A DNA stretch of 64,000 nucleotides from Eledone cirrhosa (taxonomy: Eukaryota): assembly GCA_964016885.1 (NCBI GenBank), contig OZ024742.1, forward strand, positions 318,246,001 to 318,310,000, in the 5' to 3' direction. Positions 43,592-56,609 of the stretch are shown in pieces. The notes under the pieces are model-generated. The model searched no databases and was not told the DNA's origin. It was given only the letters and a program-made list of their open reading frames with translations. How positions within the stretch are numbered: position 1 is the first letter of the stretch; each line of letters starts with the position of its first letter. Both the position numbers and the translations under genes were made by a program.

Positions 43592-43735
43592 CATATATAT
43601 ATATATATGTGTCTGTGTTTGTGTGTGTGTGTGTCTGTGTGTGTGTGTGTGTGTACGTATGCATACTTACATATATGTATCAGCTGTGCCAGGGCGAGAA
43701 GTAAAATTCTAATTTTATTTATATGTATATTTATA

Positions 43736-44385
43736 TTCTTCTTCTTCTTCTTCGGCGAGTTTACACTCGCAAAGATTCAGCACGCTTTCTCCAATCGTCC
43801 CGGTCGAGCATGACATTTCTCAGTTCGTCGATGCTATCAATGTTGGCATCTCTCAGTAGAGTATCAATGAATCGTCCGACCGCCGGTTTCCAGAGCACAA
43901 GTTGAGATGCTTAGCATCTCAACTTATACTCTGGATGACGGACGCAGTGCCCAGCCAGTTTCATTCGTCGACAGGCAACTCTTTTTGAGACTGGTGGTAG
44001 TGATCTGTATACTTCCTTTTTCTTTTTATTTGTCAGCTTCTGTTTCCAAGAAATGTTGAGAGCCATTCTCAGTATCCCCGTGAAACATCCGTCAAGTCTC
44101 TTGCATAATACTTAAGAGGACGGATTCAACAGTTGCTAGGAAGAGGCGCTTCTTGATTTTGCAGTTTAGGTCGGACTTCCACACCTTCAGTAGCTTGTGG
44201 CATGCCGCTCTTGCTAGTGCTTTCTAAGTTCAAAGTTTTTGCATGAGCTGTGCATCCATGCACCAAGATACTTAAAGTTCTCAAGTGTTTTGATTGTTGT
44301 ACCGTCCTTAGCCAGAACTGGAGCTGGATCAACCTGATTGTAATGCATGATTTCGGTCTTCTTTGTATTGAGATGCAGTCCTATT
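43736..44385 (-). pseudogene. 5'-truncated RTE-group non-LTR retrotransposon: RT C-terminus, stop codon and (GAA)n tail
   Basis: Manual minus-strand translation across frameshifts gives GLHLNTKKTEIMHYN, TLENFKYLGAWM, KIKKRLFLATVESVLL, LDGCFTGILRMALNISWKQK, RRMKLAGHCVRHPE, ASQLVLWKP and DELRNVMLDRDDWRKRAESLRV*. The stop is at 43761-43763 and the (GAA)n tail at 43736-43753. Confidence 0.88.
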
Positions 44386-44409
44386 TTACAGTCCTATATT
44401 TATATATAT

Positions 44410-45120
44410 ATGCAAATGAAAGTACAGCATATTCGAAGTTCGAGCAGCAGCTAAGCCAACGAATGCCTTCAGCAGTGCGGCCAAGCACTCAACAAGGTAT
44501 AAACCTCAGAGTAATAACACAGTTTAAAGGGTTTGCAAATTGAAGATAGCGACCGGTAATTCAGCCGCGTAATCTGTAGCAACGAAAGAACTGACTCGTG
44601 AGAAAAAATACATACACATACATACATACATATATATATATACACATATCTGTATATATAACAAACCTGGACCATCACTTCGAAATTATTGAATATGTAA
44701 GTCAGGTTTCTGTAAATCCGAAATCAACAAAATCCGCTTGTGGTATATACAAGTTAGGTTTCTGGAAGAAAATCCGGGTGTGATAGCACATGTTACTCCA
44801 AAGGGAGGTAACCCCGGTTTATGACAGTCAAATTCAAATTATGAGCAATGGAATAGGTTCCGTACACAAACTGAATTAAGCACTCAACCAGACCGTTATT
44901 AAACAAACTTAAATAATTAACCAATCAATGGAATTGTCAAATTAAATTAATCAATTAATCATTAGGTCTAGGAGATAGTAATACAAATGGAAGTACAGCA
45001 TATTCGAAGCTCGAGCCGCAGCTAAGCCAACGAATGCCTTCAGCAGTGCAGCCAAGCACTCGACAAGGTATAAAACCTCAAAGTAATAACATACAGTTTA
45101 AAGGGCTTTGCAAATTGAAG
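44410..45120. repeat. Two direct copies of a ~135-bp interspersed repeat (44410-44547 and 44983-45121); a third, diverged inverted copy at ~51590-51735
   Basis: AAGTACAGCATATTCGAAG.TCGAGC.GCAGCTAAGCCAACGAATGCCTTCAGCAGTGC occurs twice. Confidence 0.85.
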
Positions 45121-45391
45121 ATTATATGTGTGTGTGTGTACATATATATATATACGCGTGAGTGTGTGTACGTGTAAGCATACTTAAATATATATATGTA
45201 TAATTCTTTGAAAGTGTAGGTAGTATCTCAAGTACAGTAAATAAATGTAAAATACCCCTTTGAACGGAAAGAAAAGTAGCTAGCAACTGTTATAGGGAAT
45301 CGGACACCGTATGTCTCAAATTCCGGTTGGGTTTAACTACTGAGCTAAACGACATCTGACAGCTGATTTCGTCTGAATTAGCTATTCGATT

Positions 45392-46000
45392 TATGCCGCT
45401 GAGGTTAACTTTGCCTTTCATCCTTACGGGGTCGATAAAATAAAGTACCAGTAATGTACTGGTTAATTGCTGGCCTTGTGCCTAAAGTAGAAACAATTAT
45501 TATTGTTGTTAACTTTGCCTTTCATACTTACAGAGTCGATAAAATAAAGCACCAGTAATGCACTGGGGTAATTGCTGGCCTTGTACCAAAAGTAGAAACA
45601 ATTATTATTATCATTATTATTATATATAACTGTTTCTTTCGTACGAAATCATCAGGGATGTCAAATAAAGATTAGCTGATGATTCCATACGAATGAAACA
45701 GTTTTAGTTCTGTAGAAGTCATTTCTACATAGATAATAAAGATGCTTATACACACTTCAACACACTTCAACCCCCAAAAATGCATTAAGACAAATTCCGT
45801 TTTATATGCATTAGGGGGATTGGCAGAACCCATAGAGGTTCCGACGCCATGCTTTGCAGCGCAGTTATGTCCCTTTACAGACTGAGTTCAAATCCCGCCG
45901 ATGTTAAATTTGCCTTTCATCCTTACGGGGTCGATAAAATAAAGTACCAGTAATGTACTGGGTAATTGCTGGCCTTGTGCCAAAGATAGAAACAATTATT
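45392..46000 (+). mobile_element. Cluster of three SINE family 1 copies (~45392-45502, ~45508-45605, ~45812-46000)
   Basis: All show the family body and the GTAGAAACAATTATT tail; the last copy retains A- and B-box-like motifs. Confidence 0.85.
45628..45710. ncRNA. Head-to-head pair of hammerhead-like cores (CTGATGA...GAAACAGTT) on opposite strands
   Basis: Plus strand: CTGATGA at 45676-45682 and GAAAC at 45695-45699. The minus-strand mirror is at 45628-45655. Stem I is poorly defined. Related to 51845-51878 and 46200-46290. Confidence 0.45.
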
Positions 46001-46127
46001 TACATTATGTAAACATTTTGGGGGTGTTTACATAGAATTGAATTATGTCTGTAGATCTTTTTATTTTGGGAAAACGCAGTCCATTCTAATAAATATTGCC
46101 TGTACAGGTAATCAAAGTGTGTATATA

Positions 46128-46143
46128 TTTTTGGGACACCCTG

Positions 46144-46145
<2 letters not shown>
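46128..46145 (-). mobile_element. Isolated Tc1/mariner-type terminal inverted repeat end
   Basis: The minus strand reads TA-CAGGGTGTCCCAAAAA; the partner end was not found. Confidence 0.4.
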
Positions 46146-46174
<29 letters not shown>

Positions 46175-46294
46175 ATGTTTAATATAGAAAAGGCTTGTAA
46201 GGCATTTCTATATTAAATATTTATACTCTGCTATATATTGAGTACCTTACTTACTGTGGTTACCCCCGATTGAACCCGGATTTAATATATATAT

Positions 46295-46397
<103 letters not shown>

Positions 46398-46535
46398 CAA
46401 AGAGATATTTAATTTGTTGGTTATTCAACAAATTTATTTATAACAGATTCGAACCACTCTACAATTTTCTGGAGTAAAATATCAGTGATAAGGTCTGGTT
46501 TCTTGGGTATGTCACCATTTATAAAACAAATTTTG

Positions 46536-46596
46536 TATTTTATCTGATGAGAGCGTACCAAAATTTTGGTACCCTTGAAATATATATAATAAAATA
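46536..46596 (+). ncRNA. Canonical minimal type I hammerhead ribozyme motif
   Basis: Stem I TATTTTAT (46536-43) / ATAAAATA (46589-96), 8 bp perfect; core CTGATGA at 46544-50; stem II GAGCGTACCAA-AATT-TTGGTACCCTT; GAAA at 46577-80; palindromic stem III ATATATAT; ATA cleavage triplet. Confidence 0.8.
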
Positions 46597-46627
46597 AATA
46601 TGGTTTTATAAATATAGTTTCCATTTA

Positions 46628-46694
<67 letters not shown>

Positions 46695-47300
46695 GTATGT
46701 GTTATTGTTTTTAAATATAGTGTGGCCAGCCGAATCGATAAGTGTTGTTAGACCTCAAGCAGGAGACTTGGCTCTTCATTTTTGTTGGTTCATTATCATT
46801 CCTGTTAGTCTGTTTTTATTTCTAAAGTACAACAGTGTGCCTGCTTGAGAGAATGCAACGTGTAATGATTATAGTGCATTGATTCTCAAGACAATTCTTC
46901 CGATTATTCATTTACAGGATCATCAAATAGTTGTTACCAACTAAATGCATTTCCTGAAAACAAAAGAAATAAATATATAAAAGTGTCCACAAGTCCTGAT
47001 GTGGAAAGGTAAATACAGCGAGAGAAATTTGACGAGGTGGTGGTGGTGGTGGTTGTAATTAGTGGTGTTGGTATTGGTGGTTGTGATAATGGTACATGGC
47101 TTGCTAGAACAGAAGAACTGATACTGTTAGTAGTAGCGGAGGAGACAAGGCTGGTGTATATACCTTAAATTCCCCGAGATGTGTCGTGGGGTGGGGGTGG
47201 GGGCACTGTTAAAGAAGATGCTCAATACATTGGTGGAATATAGGCATTATAAAATAAAAATTATATATAGAAGTAGTTCAACAACAGTTAGATCACTATA

Positions 47301-47341
47301 CCGAGAACAAATGTTTCACCTTATGCAGATTCTCAGCTCGG
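47301..47341 (-). ncRNA. Minimal hammerhead-like motif with a one-base core lesion
   Basis: The minus strand reads CCGAG-CTGAGA-ATCT GCATA AGGT-GAAAC ATTT GTT-CTCGG. Stem I CCGAG/CTCGG is perfect. Confidence 0.6.
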
Positions 47342-47395
47342 ACTGAGTGCTCTACTACTACGTATATAACCCTCCAGTGTTCTCCTATATATATA

Positions 47396-47539
<144 letters not shown>

Positions 47540-47543
47540 TTAT

Positions 47544-47687
47544 ATATTAGTACAGATTAAAGTCTAAGGAAAGAATTTCTGCTTTCACCCTACAATGGAA
47601 TCTTCTGAAACTCTTCTGAGTGTCAAAAGAACCCGTAATCAGGTGGAAGCAGAAATCCTTTGCTTAAACTTTAATCTGTACTAATAT
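47544..47687. repeat. Fold-back element with ~46-bp arms between two (TA)n tracts
   Basis: 47544-47589 and 47642-47687 are reverse complements with few mismatches. Confidence 0.85.
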
Positions 47688-47696
47688 TTGTTCTAC

Positions 47697-47743
<47 letters not shown>

Positions 47744-47980
47744 GAATCTACTTTATCGAAGCCTCTTCGAATTTTGGTCTTCGTAATTATTATTACTATA
47801 TTCTGTTGCTTGTGGTGGAGCTAGGATTAGCAGTTTCTTGTCGATCTTATCAATACTCTCAGGGCCGCGGCGTAAACATTGGACTTGGCAGAGTTTAATG
47901 AGAAAGCACAGCAATGTGTTCAGCTGTGACGGAAACACATCTAGCCAAGCTTTGTAAGTGACACTCTTGTGAAGAAGAAT

Positions 47981-48031
<51 letters not shown>

Positions 48032-48035
<4 letters not shown>

Positions 48036-48365
48036 ATATTAATAAATGGAAACTATATTTATAAAACCATAATTATTTTATTATATATATTTCAAGGGCA
48101 ACCAAGGCAATTTTGGTGCGATTTCATCAAATATGTTTTATAAATGTTGACATACCCGTAGAAAAACAACCTTGACGGTTGAAGGTTCGCTGGATAGAGA
48201 ATTGCCTTGGTTGCCCTTAAAATATATATAATAAAATAATTATGGTCTTATAAATATAGTTTCCATTTATTAATATATTGAATATTTACTACAGTAACTT
48301 GTTGAGTGCTTTATATCAGTTATAAAACTTTTAAGCTTGTTGAATCCCAAAAAATTAAATATAAC

Positions 48366-48372
<7 letters not shown>
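48032..48372. mobile_element. Fold-back copy of the 46536 hammerhead family (arms 48032-48112 / 48200-48280) plus a 3' extension to (TA)n
   Basis: ~80-bp inverted arms; a degenerate minus-strand hammerhead (TTGATGA...GAAATATATATA-ATAAAATA) lies at 48074-48135. Confidence 0.8.
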
Positions 48373-48452
<80 letters not shown>

Positions 48453-48456
<4 letters not shown>

Positions 48457-48575
48457 GAAGTTATATTTAACTTGTTGGGATTCAACAAGCTTAAAAGTGT
48501 TATAACTGTTGAGTGGTTTATATCAGTTATAAAACTTTTAAGCTTGTTGAATCCCAACAAATTAAATATAACTTC

Positions 48576-48579
<4 letters not shown>
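48453..48579. repeat. 127-bp palindrome (56-bp arms, 15-nt spacer) embedded in (TA)n
   Basis: TGCAGAAGTTATATTTAA...TTATAACTG pairs with CAGTTATAA...TTAAATATAACTTCTGCA. The right arm also matches ~48317-48372. Confidence 0.9.
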
Positions 48580-48611
<32 letters not shown>

Positions 48612-48615
<4 letters not shown>

Positions 48616-48855
48616 GAATTCTCGACGGTTATATTACGTAACTGTCTTTATCCCATTACAGAAACTAATTAGTTGGAGTGAAAATTTTAGTAAGTAAGTT
48701 AATTTTTTTAATTTTTTAAAAAATTTTCTTATTTTACGTCTTTCATATTATTGTTCTGCACCCTCCTGCATTGAACCACCTAGGTACTATGACATAACTT
48801 ATGTATTTGCTAGCATTAGTGTACATCTGTACGCATATGTTAGTAGATATACTAA

Positions 48856-48862
<7 letters not shown>
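48612..48862 (+). mobile_element. Truncated copy of the hammerhead-bearing element at 59513-59763 (opposite orientation)
   Basis: GAAACTAATTAGTTGGAGTG..TTTTAGTAAGTAAGTTAA and TATTTTACGTCTTTCATA..TTGTTCTGCA are shared; the CTGATGA half is missing. Confidence 0.75.
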
Positions 48863-48895
<33 letters not shown>

Positions 48896-49179
48896 TATAT
48901 ATATATTCAAATTGATGATCAATTCACGCATTACAGCCAACAAATGTATAAAGTTGCTACCAAATGATGAGACATGTCGAAAGGAAGAACCAGGATTGTT
49001 TTTTTGCAATTTGTTTGTTACAAGCCTAGAAGTTAGTTTTGAACAAATATTTATTACATGAGTTGGTAGAAAAAGAAAGAAAACAGCTAGAAAATAAGTT
49101 TAAAGACTTTAAGGCCAACGTGCAGAGAAAACTATGGGCAACAAATTTTTTTTTTTTTCTGCTGACTAAATTTTGAGAC

Positions 49180-49380
49180 CTGTTCTTGAGTAATTTGGGG
49201 CCCCTGAGTTTAAAAATGACAATACTTTTTTTTCTATCACATCAGGTTTTCCTATGGTCAACAAGGAGGTTATACAAAATATCGATGTTTACTGTGTTTA
49301 CGGGATAGCCGAGCGAAAGACAAACATGAAAACCTGATGTGTTAGGAAAAAATCAACACCCCAAAATTAGCTAAAAACAA
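49180..49380. mobile_element. DNA-transposon-like remnant with inverted subterminal motifs
   Basis: Inverted pairs CACATCAGGTTTTC / GAAAACCTGATGTG and TAATTTGGGG / CCCCAAAATTA; family not established. Confidence 0.4.
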
Positions 49381-49624
49381 CAAAAATCCCAAGTCAACAA
49401 AAAGTGTGTTGAACAATGTTATTAGTGGAGGGGAAAAGCTTATCAAATTCAAACATCTCTTAAAAGATAGATTGAAAAATGTCATAACATCCATTCTGCA
49501 TATTTTATGGCCCAAGACGCTCGACATTTGCTCCGTTACCGTCAAAGGATGAGCCTAAACTGTTTCGAAAACCTGGTGAACTTTATAGTAACAATGCTGT
49601 TAATATAAACGTATGTGTGTATTC

Positions 49625-49985
49625 TTGTTGTTGGTGATGGTGGTGATGATAGTGGTGATGGTGATGGTAGTAGTGATGGTGATGGTGTCGATGTTGATGA
49701 TTAAAACGATGATGATGATGATGATGATGATGATGGTGATGTAAATTTCTGAGTGTATTGTTGATGGTGATGATGATAATGATGGTGGTGATGGTAGCGA
49801 TGGTGGTGATAGTGGTGATAGTGGTGATGGTGGTGATACTAGTGATGGTAGTGATGGTGGTGATGGTTGTAGTGACAGAGGTTATGGTGGTGATGGTTGT
49901 AGTGACAGAGGTGATGGTGATGATGGTGGTGATAGTGGTGATAGTGGTGATGGTGGTGATGGTGGTGATGGTGGTGATAATAGTT
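49625..49985. repeat. Degenerate (GAT/GGT)n trinucleotide repeat
   Basis: Directly visible. Confidence 0.95.
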
Positions 49986-50107
49986 GGACGATGTTTCATG
50001 ACTTTCCTTCATGACGTTACCTTTTCCCCGATGAGAATCAATGACTTAGAGCATCATATCGATGAGCATTGATGCAATTGTTCATGGTCCCTACCCCTCA
50101 GCAAAGA

Positions 50108-50635
50108 TGGGGGGGGGGATTTAATCGACTTTCTCCTACCCCCAAAATTGCTAGCCTTGTGCCTAAATCAGAAGCCATTATACTCCTGCTATTCATTTGC
50201 ATCAGGCTTAGAGAAATGGTATAAACGTGGAATTGTGCTTCAGGCACAATGATAGCAACAGGCAATAGAATGTAATGGTTTCTTATATAGGCAGAAGGCC
50301 ATCAATTTTGGGGGAGGGGAAACTCGATTAAATCGACCCCAGTGCGTGACTGGTACTTTATTTTATCGACCTCGTAAGGATGAAAGGTAAAGTTAACTTC
50401 AGCGGAATTTGAACTGAGATCATAAAGGGCCGTAAATCTATGCTGCAAAGCATGGCGTCCGACCCTCTTCCGATGCTACCAATCCACCAAAATATATGCC
50501 ATTATAGGCAATAGAATATAATTGTTTCTATTTTTGGCACAAGGCCAGCAATTATCCCAGTGCATTACTAGTACTTTATTTTATCGACCCCTTAAGGATG
50601 AAAGGCAAAGTTAACCTTGGCGGGATTTGAACTAA
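50108..50635 (-). mobile_element. SINE family 1 cluster: plus-strand 3' fragment (~50108-50180) and two minus-strand copies (~50275-50490, ~50520-50635)
   Basis: Reverse-complement family body GGTACTTTATTTTATCGACC..TAAGGATGAAAGG.AAAGTTAAC. Confidence 0.85.
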
Positions 50636-51173
50636 TGGCATATATTTTGATGAATAAACGCTTTTCGTGTGTAATTTGTTTGAACTACGAATTAAAGCTT
50701 GAAATACGAACTTTTGACTTGACTTGGTATAAATTATATATGTAAATACATACTCTCGTGTCTCGAATAATGCCCCTCCGCCCTCCTCCGCTTTTTAATT
50801 TTGCAGATTTATTTCCACCACCCTCGCTCATATTCCAATCCCCTGCTTATTACATTTTGCTAATCTATCTCCGGCGAAATTTTATCTTTATTTTAAGTGG
50901 CAGCATTCTTGTGACAATTAATTTTCTTTACACATTAAAAAAACATTTCAGATGTCAAAAAAGAACATTACAAGAAATCCCATACGTAATAAAATAAATA
51001 GGATGAGTTGGTGTCTCAATATGTAAACTAAATGAATAATTGTGGTTTTTTTAAAAAATCAACGAAGACAACAGAGAAAAATTATGATTTTCAAACCACC
51101 CTCTTATTCCCCACCCCCCACACACTATTATTGAGGACCCGAGAGTATACACACACATACACACATGCACACA

Positions 51174-51218
<45 letters not shown>

Positions 51219-51263
51219 ATATATATATATTATATATAAATTATACTATATAATACTCACATG

Positions 51264-51302
<39 letters not shown>

Positions 51303-51306
<4 letters not shown>

Positions 51307-51395
51307 GAAAAATTCGGGACCCCGCGGCTTAGCTTCTGCCGTTTCAACAGGTAGATCCGAACTGGATCGCTGTTGGGGTCGCGAATTTTTCATAT
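51303..51395. repeat. Short fold-back with 21-bp arms
   Basis: ATATGAAAAATTCGGGACCCC / GGGGTCGCGAATTTTTCATAT, one mismatch. Confidence 0.8.
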
Positions 51396-51466
51396 TACCC
51401 ATTCTACTACCCTAGGTATCGAAATCTCTGGTAAGTAATAGTCTAGCTGGTTTTTACTGTATCCAT

Positions 51467-51504
<38 letters not shown>

Positions 51505-51509
51505 CCCAA

Positions 51510-51571
<62 letters not shown>

Positions 51572-51749
51572 TTGGGTTTTGCCTACCGCAATTTTCAATT
51601 TGTCAAGCTATTTAAACGTGTGTTATTACTCTAAGGACCTACCCTTATTGAGTGCTTTGCTACTCATTCCTAATTGTAGGTCGACTTTGCTTGGCCACAG
51701 CCAAAGCTTCGAATTTACTAAGCTTCCACTTGTATATATATATATATAT

Positions 51750-51912
51750 GTTTATCCCGGGTTCAATCGGGGGGTAACCAGAGTAAGTAAGGAACTCAAT
51801 ACATAGCAGAGTATAAATATTTAATATAGAAATGGCTTCTTCAGGACTAGAACTGTTTCATTTGGGAGAAATTATCAGGGCTTTCCTGCAGAAGCCACTT
51901 CATATATTAAAT
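51750..51912 (-). mobile_element. Hammerhead-like element (family of 45676 and 46200-46290) with a partial inverted arm
   Basis: The minus strand reads CTGATAA..GAAACAGTTCTAGTC followed by CATTTCTATATTAAATATTTATACTCTGCTAT..GGTTACCCCCCGATTGAACCCGG, matching 46204-46280. Inverted arms at ~51819-51846 / 51884-51912. Confidence 0.6.
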
Positions 51913-51922
51913 GAATAAATAA

Positions 51923-52241
<319 letters not shown>

Positions 52242-52414
52242 TCATCTTATGAAATCTCGGAACAATCCCTTATATTGGCCATGGATCTTGTTTTTTCAAT
52301 CTCACAACAGACGCGTACGCACACGTACACACTTATATATACGAAATATAAAGTAACTATATACAAACAATAAATATATCTTCAATAACAGGTAGGGAAG
52401 CTTGTCTTAGCATC

Positions 52415-52445
<31 letters not shown>

Positions 52446-52605
52446 GTATTGCGTTGTTTGGTTTTACAACAATAAACAACTTGAACAATCGTAAATACCT
52501 CCTTCAAAGATTTGACAAGAAAAGCGTGGGAAACTTGGAGACTTTACTGTTTACGACGGAGTTGAAGCTAAGAAGAAAAGGAAAATATATAAACGGAAAA
52601 AAGTG

Positions 52606-52638
<33 letters not shown>

Positions 52639-52800
52639 ATATGTACATATATATGTATGTATATGTATATATATATATATATATGTGTATGTATGTATAT
52701 ATGTATATATATATACAAATATATATATATATATATACATATACACACACACTCACGCATATATATATATATACATATACATATATACATATACTTATAC

Positions 52801-52848
<48 letters not shown>

Positions 52849-52907
52849 CAGGAGAAGAGATATTGAGAACGGTGGAGGAGCGTGCCAAAACATACACATA
52901 TCCTTCA

Positions 52908-53215
<308 letters not shown>

Positions 53216-53387
53216 AGAAAGTTATTTAATAAAATATAAAAAAGGAAAAGTCGATGTTGGACGGTGGATAAGACACACATATATGCATATATATAATATA
53301 TATACATATATACTGTTATTTTTATCTAAAGACATTTTTTCCTTTTCAAACCCGCCCGTCCCTTTAATCCATCTTATTCTCATTCTT

Positions 53388-53423
53388 TCTTCTGATAAAG
53401 GACTGGCGTCCGAAACGTTAAGA
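53388..53423 (+). ncRNA. Minimal hammerhead-like motif (core G8 to A)
   Basis: TCTT-CTGATAA-A-GGAC TGGC GTCC-GAAACGTT-AAGA: stem I TCTT/AAGA, stem II GGAC/GTCC, loopless palindromic stem III ACGT. The host element's 3' end (CCGATTGTGTTGTTATTTCTGTTTACCTTTTACATA) recurs at 54745-54780. Confidence 0.65.
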
Positions 53424-53524
53424 CCCTCTTCCTGCTATATCAAGCGTTAACCTAATATACCCCTTCCCCTAATATACCCCTTCCATATACTGTACCGATT
53501 GTGTTGTTATTTCTGTTTACCTTT

Positions 53525-53585
<61 letters not shown>

Positions 53586-53659
53586 ATACTTTGGGAGGGT
53601 AATGTTGCCAATAACACACGTTTTCAGATAAAGAATCTTGCTAAACAAATTCAGAAACG

Positions 53660-53717
<58 letters not shown>

Positions 53718-53720
53718 GCA

Positions 53721-53751
<31 letters not shown>

Positions 53752-53861
53752 ATATATATAACCTTTTGGTGCATTTTTTTTTACTAAAGAAATTCTAGCG
53801 TGATGGGGTTTAGAACCCTCTAAGAAATGGAAAAAGATGAGTATTGACGTATATATATATA

Positions 53862-54145
53862 TCTAAAAGTCTAAAGTCTGTCTTAAGCCAGAAGGCTCAT
53901 CTGGCCGGTGCTTATCCCGGTTTCATGGCGTGAAGCGACTGAGAGTACAAGACCTCCCCCTGGACAGGACGCCAGTCGATCGCAGGGTTAAACCTCCAGC
54001 TATTGTTGGTACTCATTTTCAGCTGAGTATACTGGAGCAACGGGAAATGAAGTGTTTTGCTCAAGAACACAACACACAACCCAGGAATCAAACCCATGAC
54101 ATTATGATCGTAAGTCCAACACCCTTACCACTATGCCACGTGCCT

Positions 54146-54148
<3 letters not shown>
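53862..54148 (-). mobile_element. Full-length tRNA-derived SINE family 2 with a CORE-like central domain
   Basis: Minus strand: TGGCATAGTGGTAAG (A box), GGTTTGATTCC (B box), TGTGTTCTTGAGCAAAACACTT..CTCAGCTGAAAATGAG (CORE-like) and a short repeated tail. Confidence 0.8.
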
Positions 54149-54237
<89 letters not shown>

Positions 54238-54347
54238 GCATCAAGGTGGATTCAGTTTGAAACTGGTTAGACCATTACTCAACAGAGTACTCGATACTTG
54301 GGGTTGTAAAGCATGGCTATATTATAAAGATTCGGGACCCAACTCTT

Positions 54348-54390
<43 letters not shown>

Positions 54391-54552
54391 CATATATAAG
54401 TAGAAGGGATATTTAATTTGTTGGAAATACAACAAATAAATATAAATGTTTATAACTGATTCAGAGCACTCGACAGATTTTGGAGTCAGGGATAACTTGA
54501 ACCGTTAAGGTATATTATCCTTGGTCATGTCAAATATTTATAAAACATTTTG

Positions 54553-54613
54553 TATTTTATCTGATGATAGCGTACCAAAATTTTGGTACCCTTGAAATAT
54601 ATATAATTGAATA
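54553..54613 (+). ncRNA. Second copy of the 46536 hammerhead motif with an intact catalytic core
   Basis: TATTTTAT-CTGATGA (54561-67)-TAGCGTACCAAAATTTTGGTACCCTT-GAAA-TATATATA-ATTGAATA. The host element ~54400-54670 aligns by eye to 46396-46632. Confidence 0.75.
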
Positions 54614-54774
54614 AATATGGTTTTAGAAATATAGTTTCCATTTATTTAATATCATTGAATATTTACACATATATATATATACACAAAACGCCAGCACCAA
54701 CAGTTTTGCAAGAGATGTCAACATGAATGGACCTCTTCCCTCTTCCGATTGTGTTGTTATTTCTGTTTACCTTT

Positions 54775-54819
<45 letters not shown>

Positions 54820-54821
<2 letters not shown>

Positions 54822-55425
54822 TGGCTGCCAACTCGTTTTCGAGTACGGCCACTACTTTATATCCATGTCGGAGAACCCCTACCGATGCGCTGAACGAGTG
54901 TGACTTTTTAGTCCAGCCAGCGACTTGAAAACTCTGGTACAAACACTACACCTGTGACAATTATCGACATAGTGCTGGGCCCATGGTGCCATGTGACGAC
55001 AAGTGCAGAGAGATCTCCAGATATAAAGCAATGCCTGTGCCGTGAAGCTTTTATAGTGAGCAAAGGCACTGCAGAAAGCCAGTCCCACTCTCTTAACCAA
55101 GATGATATTTACCAAAAAGAAGAACAAGTCAACATCATTGGATACCATCAGAGTTGCAGGTGTTATATCAGAGTTTTCCTTCTCCTAGAATTCTGCCTTG
55201 ACAAAGGCTAAGGGGTCATCTCTCCCGGTGATTTTGGATGGCCATTGACTTTTAAGAGCTCCTTTGCCCTTTGACAGGTTTTGTTTTTAGTCCTGCAGGG
55301 TGTCCAAAGTCACCCTCCTCACTAAGAAACCTTGGTGGGGTTGCCAGTTTAGTCGCCAACGACCCAACCATGAGACAGGTTGTACTGGGATACATGTTAC
55401 CAGTAGCACCAACTGGTGACCTGAC
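54820..55425 (-). mobile_element. Internally deleted (bipartite) RTE-derived non-autonomous retroelement between (TA)n tracts
   Basis: The minus strand has the RTE 5'UTR-type motif CTAGGAGAAGGAAAACTCTGAT. About 200 bp later comes a C-terminal C2H2 finger, CSVCTRVFKSLAGLKSHTRSAHR*, with a short 3'UTR. There is no room for endonuclease or RT domains. Confidence 0.65.
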
Positions 55426-55427
55426 AT

Positions 55428-55506
<79 letters not shown>

Positions 55507-55652
55507 TACATACATACTGATAGATAGATAGATTGATAGAGAGAAAGAGAGCGAGAGAGAGAGGGAGAGAGAGAGGGGGAGAGAAAGAAAGTGAGAGAGA
55601 GGAGAGTAGAAAAGGGAGAGTCAGAATGATTGTTTTAGGGACAAGTGGTAGC

Positions 55653-55654
55653 AT

Positions 55655-55719
<65 letters not shown>

Positions 55720-55720
55720 A
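55653..55720. repeat. (CTA)n microsatellite
   Basis: Directly visible. Confidence 0.95.
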
Positions 55721-55904
55721 TCAATAACAATATAAACGAAGAAATAGAACAATATTCAGCCTGCCAGGAACAATACTATTAAATAACGTTAACAAAGCCT
55801 GGATGGTTCCGGTGATAGCATAAATGAAGTAGGTTTCTTTGGTTTGTGGTTACTTCAAATTGAACAATCTATTACGTCATTTGGGACAGGACATCGGATG
55901 TCGT

Positions 55905-56390
55905 AGAGCTTCATTGTATTGTTGGACCTCCGTCGGTTCCAACGACGAGTGTTCCAGTTGTACGAACAACCAAACTGCTTGCTATTGAAAATAACGTGTA
56001 AGTGACTAACCTTGCCACAAACACGTATGCCCCTAAGGGAGTTTAACGTGGCACTGTGTGTGTCAAGGATGACCCGTTGAATTACAGGTGTAACTCGTTT
56101 TTGCTAGCTCAGTGGACTGGAGAGCGTCAAATAAAGGGTCTTGTTCAAGGACACAACACGCTGCCAAGAATCGAAATCACGACTATGCGATTGTGAGCTG
56201 TGTACCCCAATCACGAAACCACACGCCTTTAGACACACACACATGCGCGCTCATTTTGCCAGTTGAGTAAACTGGATCAACGTGAAATCAAGAGCTTTGT
56301 TCAAAGACCTAACTCGCCGTCAGGAGTCTAAGCCACCAGCTTCTGATCGTGAGCCAAATACTTTAACTATGAAACCACATATCTTCATTA
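55905..56390 (-). mobile_element. Two diverged CORE-like SINE copies (~55905-56230 with a different 3' region; ~56250-56390)
   Basis: CTC.TTTTTGC.AG.T.AGT..ACTGGA...CGT.AAAT.AAG...TTGTTCAA.GAC is shared with 54010-54075. Confidence 0.65.
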
Positions 56391-56609
56391 GAGCTGCAGC
56401 AAGTTCTCAGTGAACCGGGCTCGCACCGCGGTTTCAACGCTGTTCGCATTACAAAGTAAAAAGGTCGCCGTGACTTTGAAGCTTCAGTTTGGTCGCTGCG
56501 TTTGCCTGCCAGATAAAGCGACGAAGTTGGAACCCATTTCTATTGAATTGCTGCTGCAATAAATTTATTATCTAAGTGGACTTCTGACACGTTGTAGGAT
56601 TCATTATTT

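Noticed and set aside
47880-47950. Additional hammerhead candidates (TTAATGA..CACAGC/GCTGTG..GAAAC here; GATGAGCC..CGAAAACC near 49548)
   Set aside because: The cores and stem I registers are too degenerate to support by eye.
54879-55148. Stand-alone C2H2 zinc-finger gene
   Set aside because: A single terminal finger inside an RTE-like element is better explained as a retrotransposon ORF remnant.
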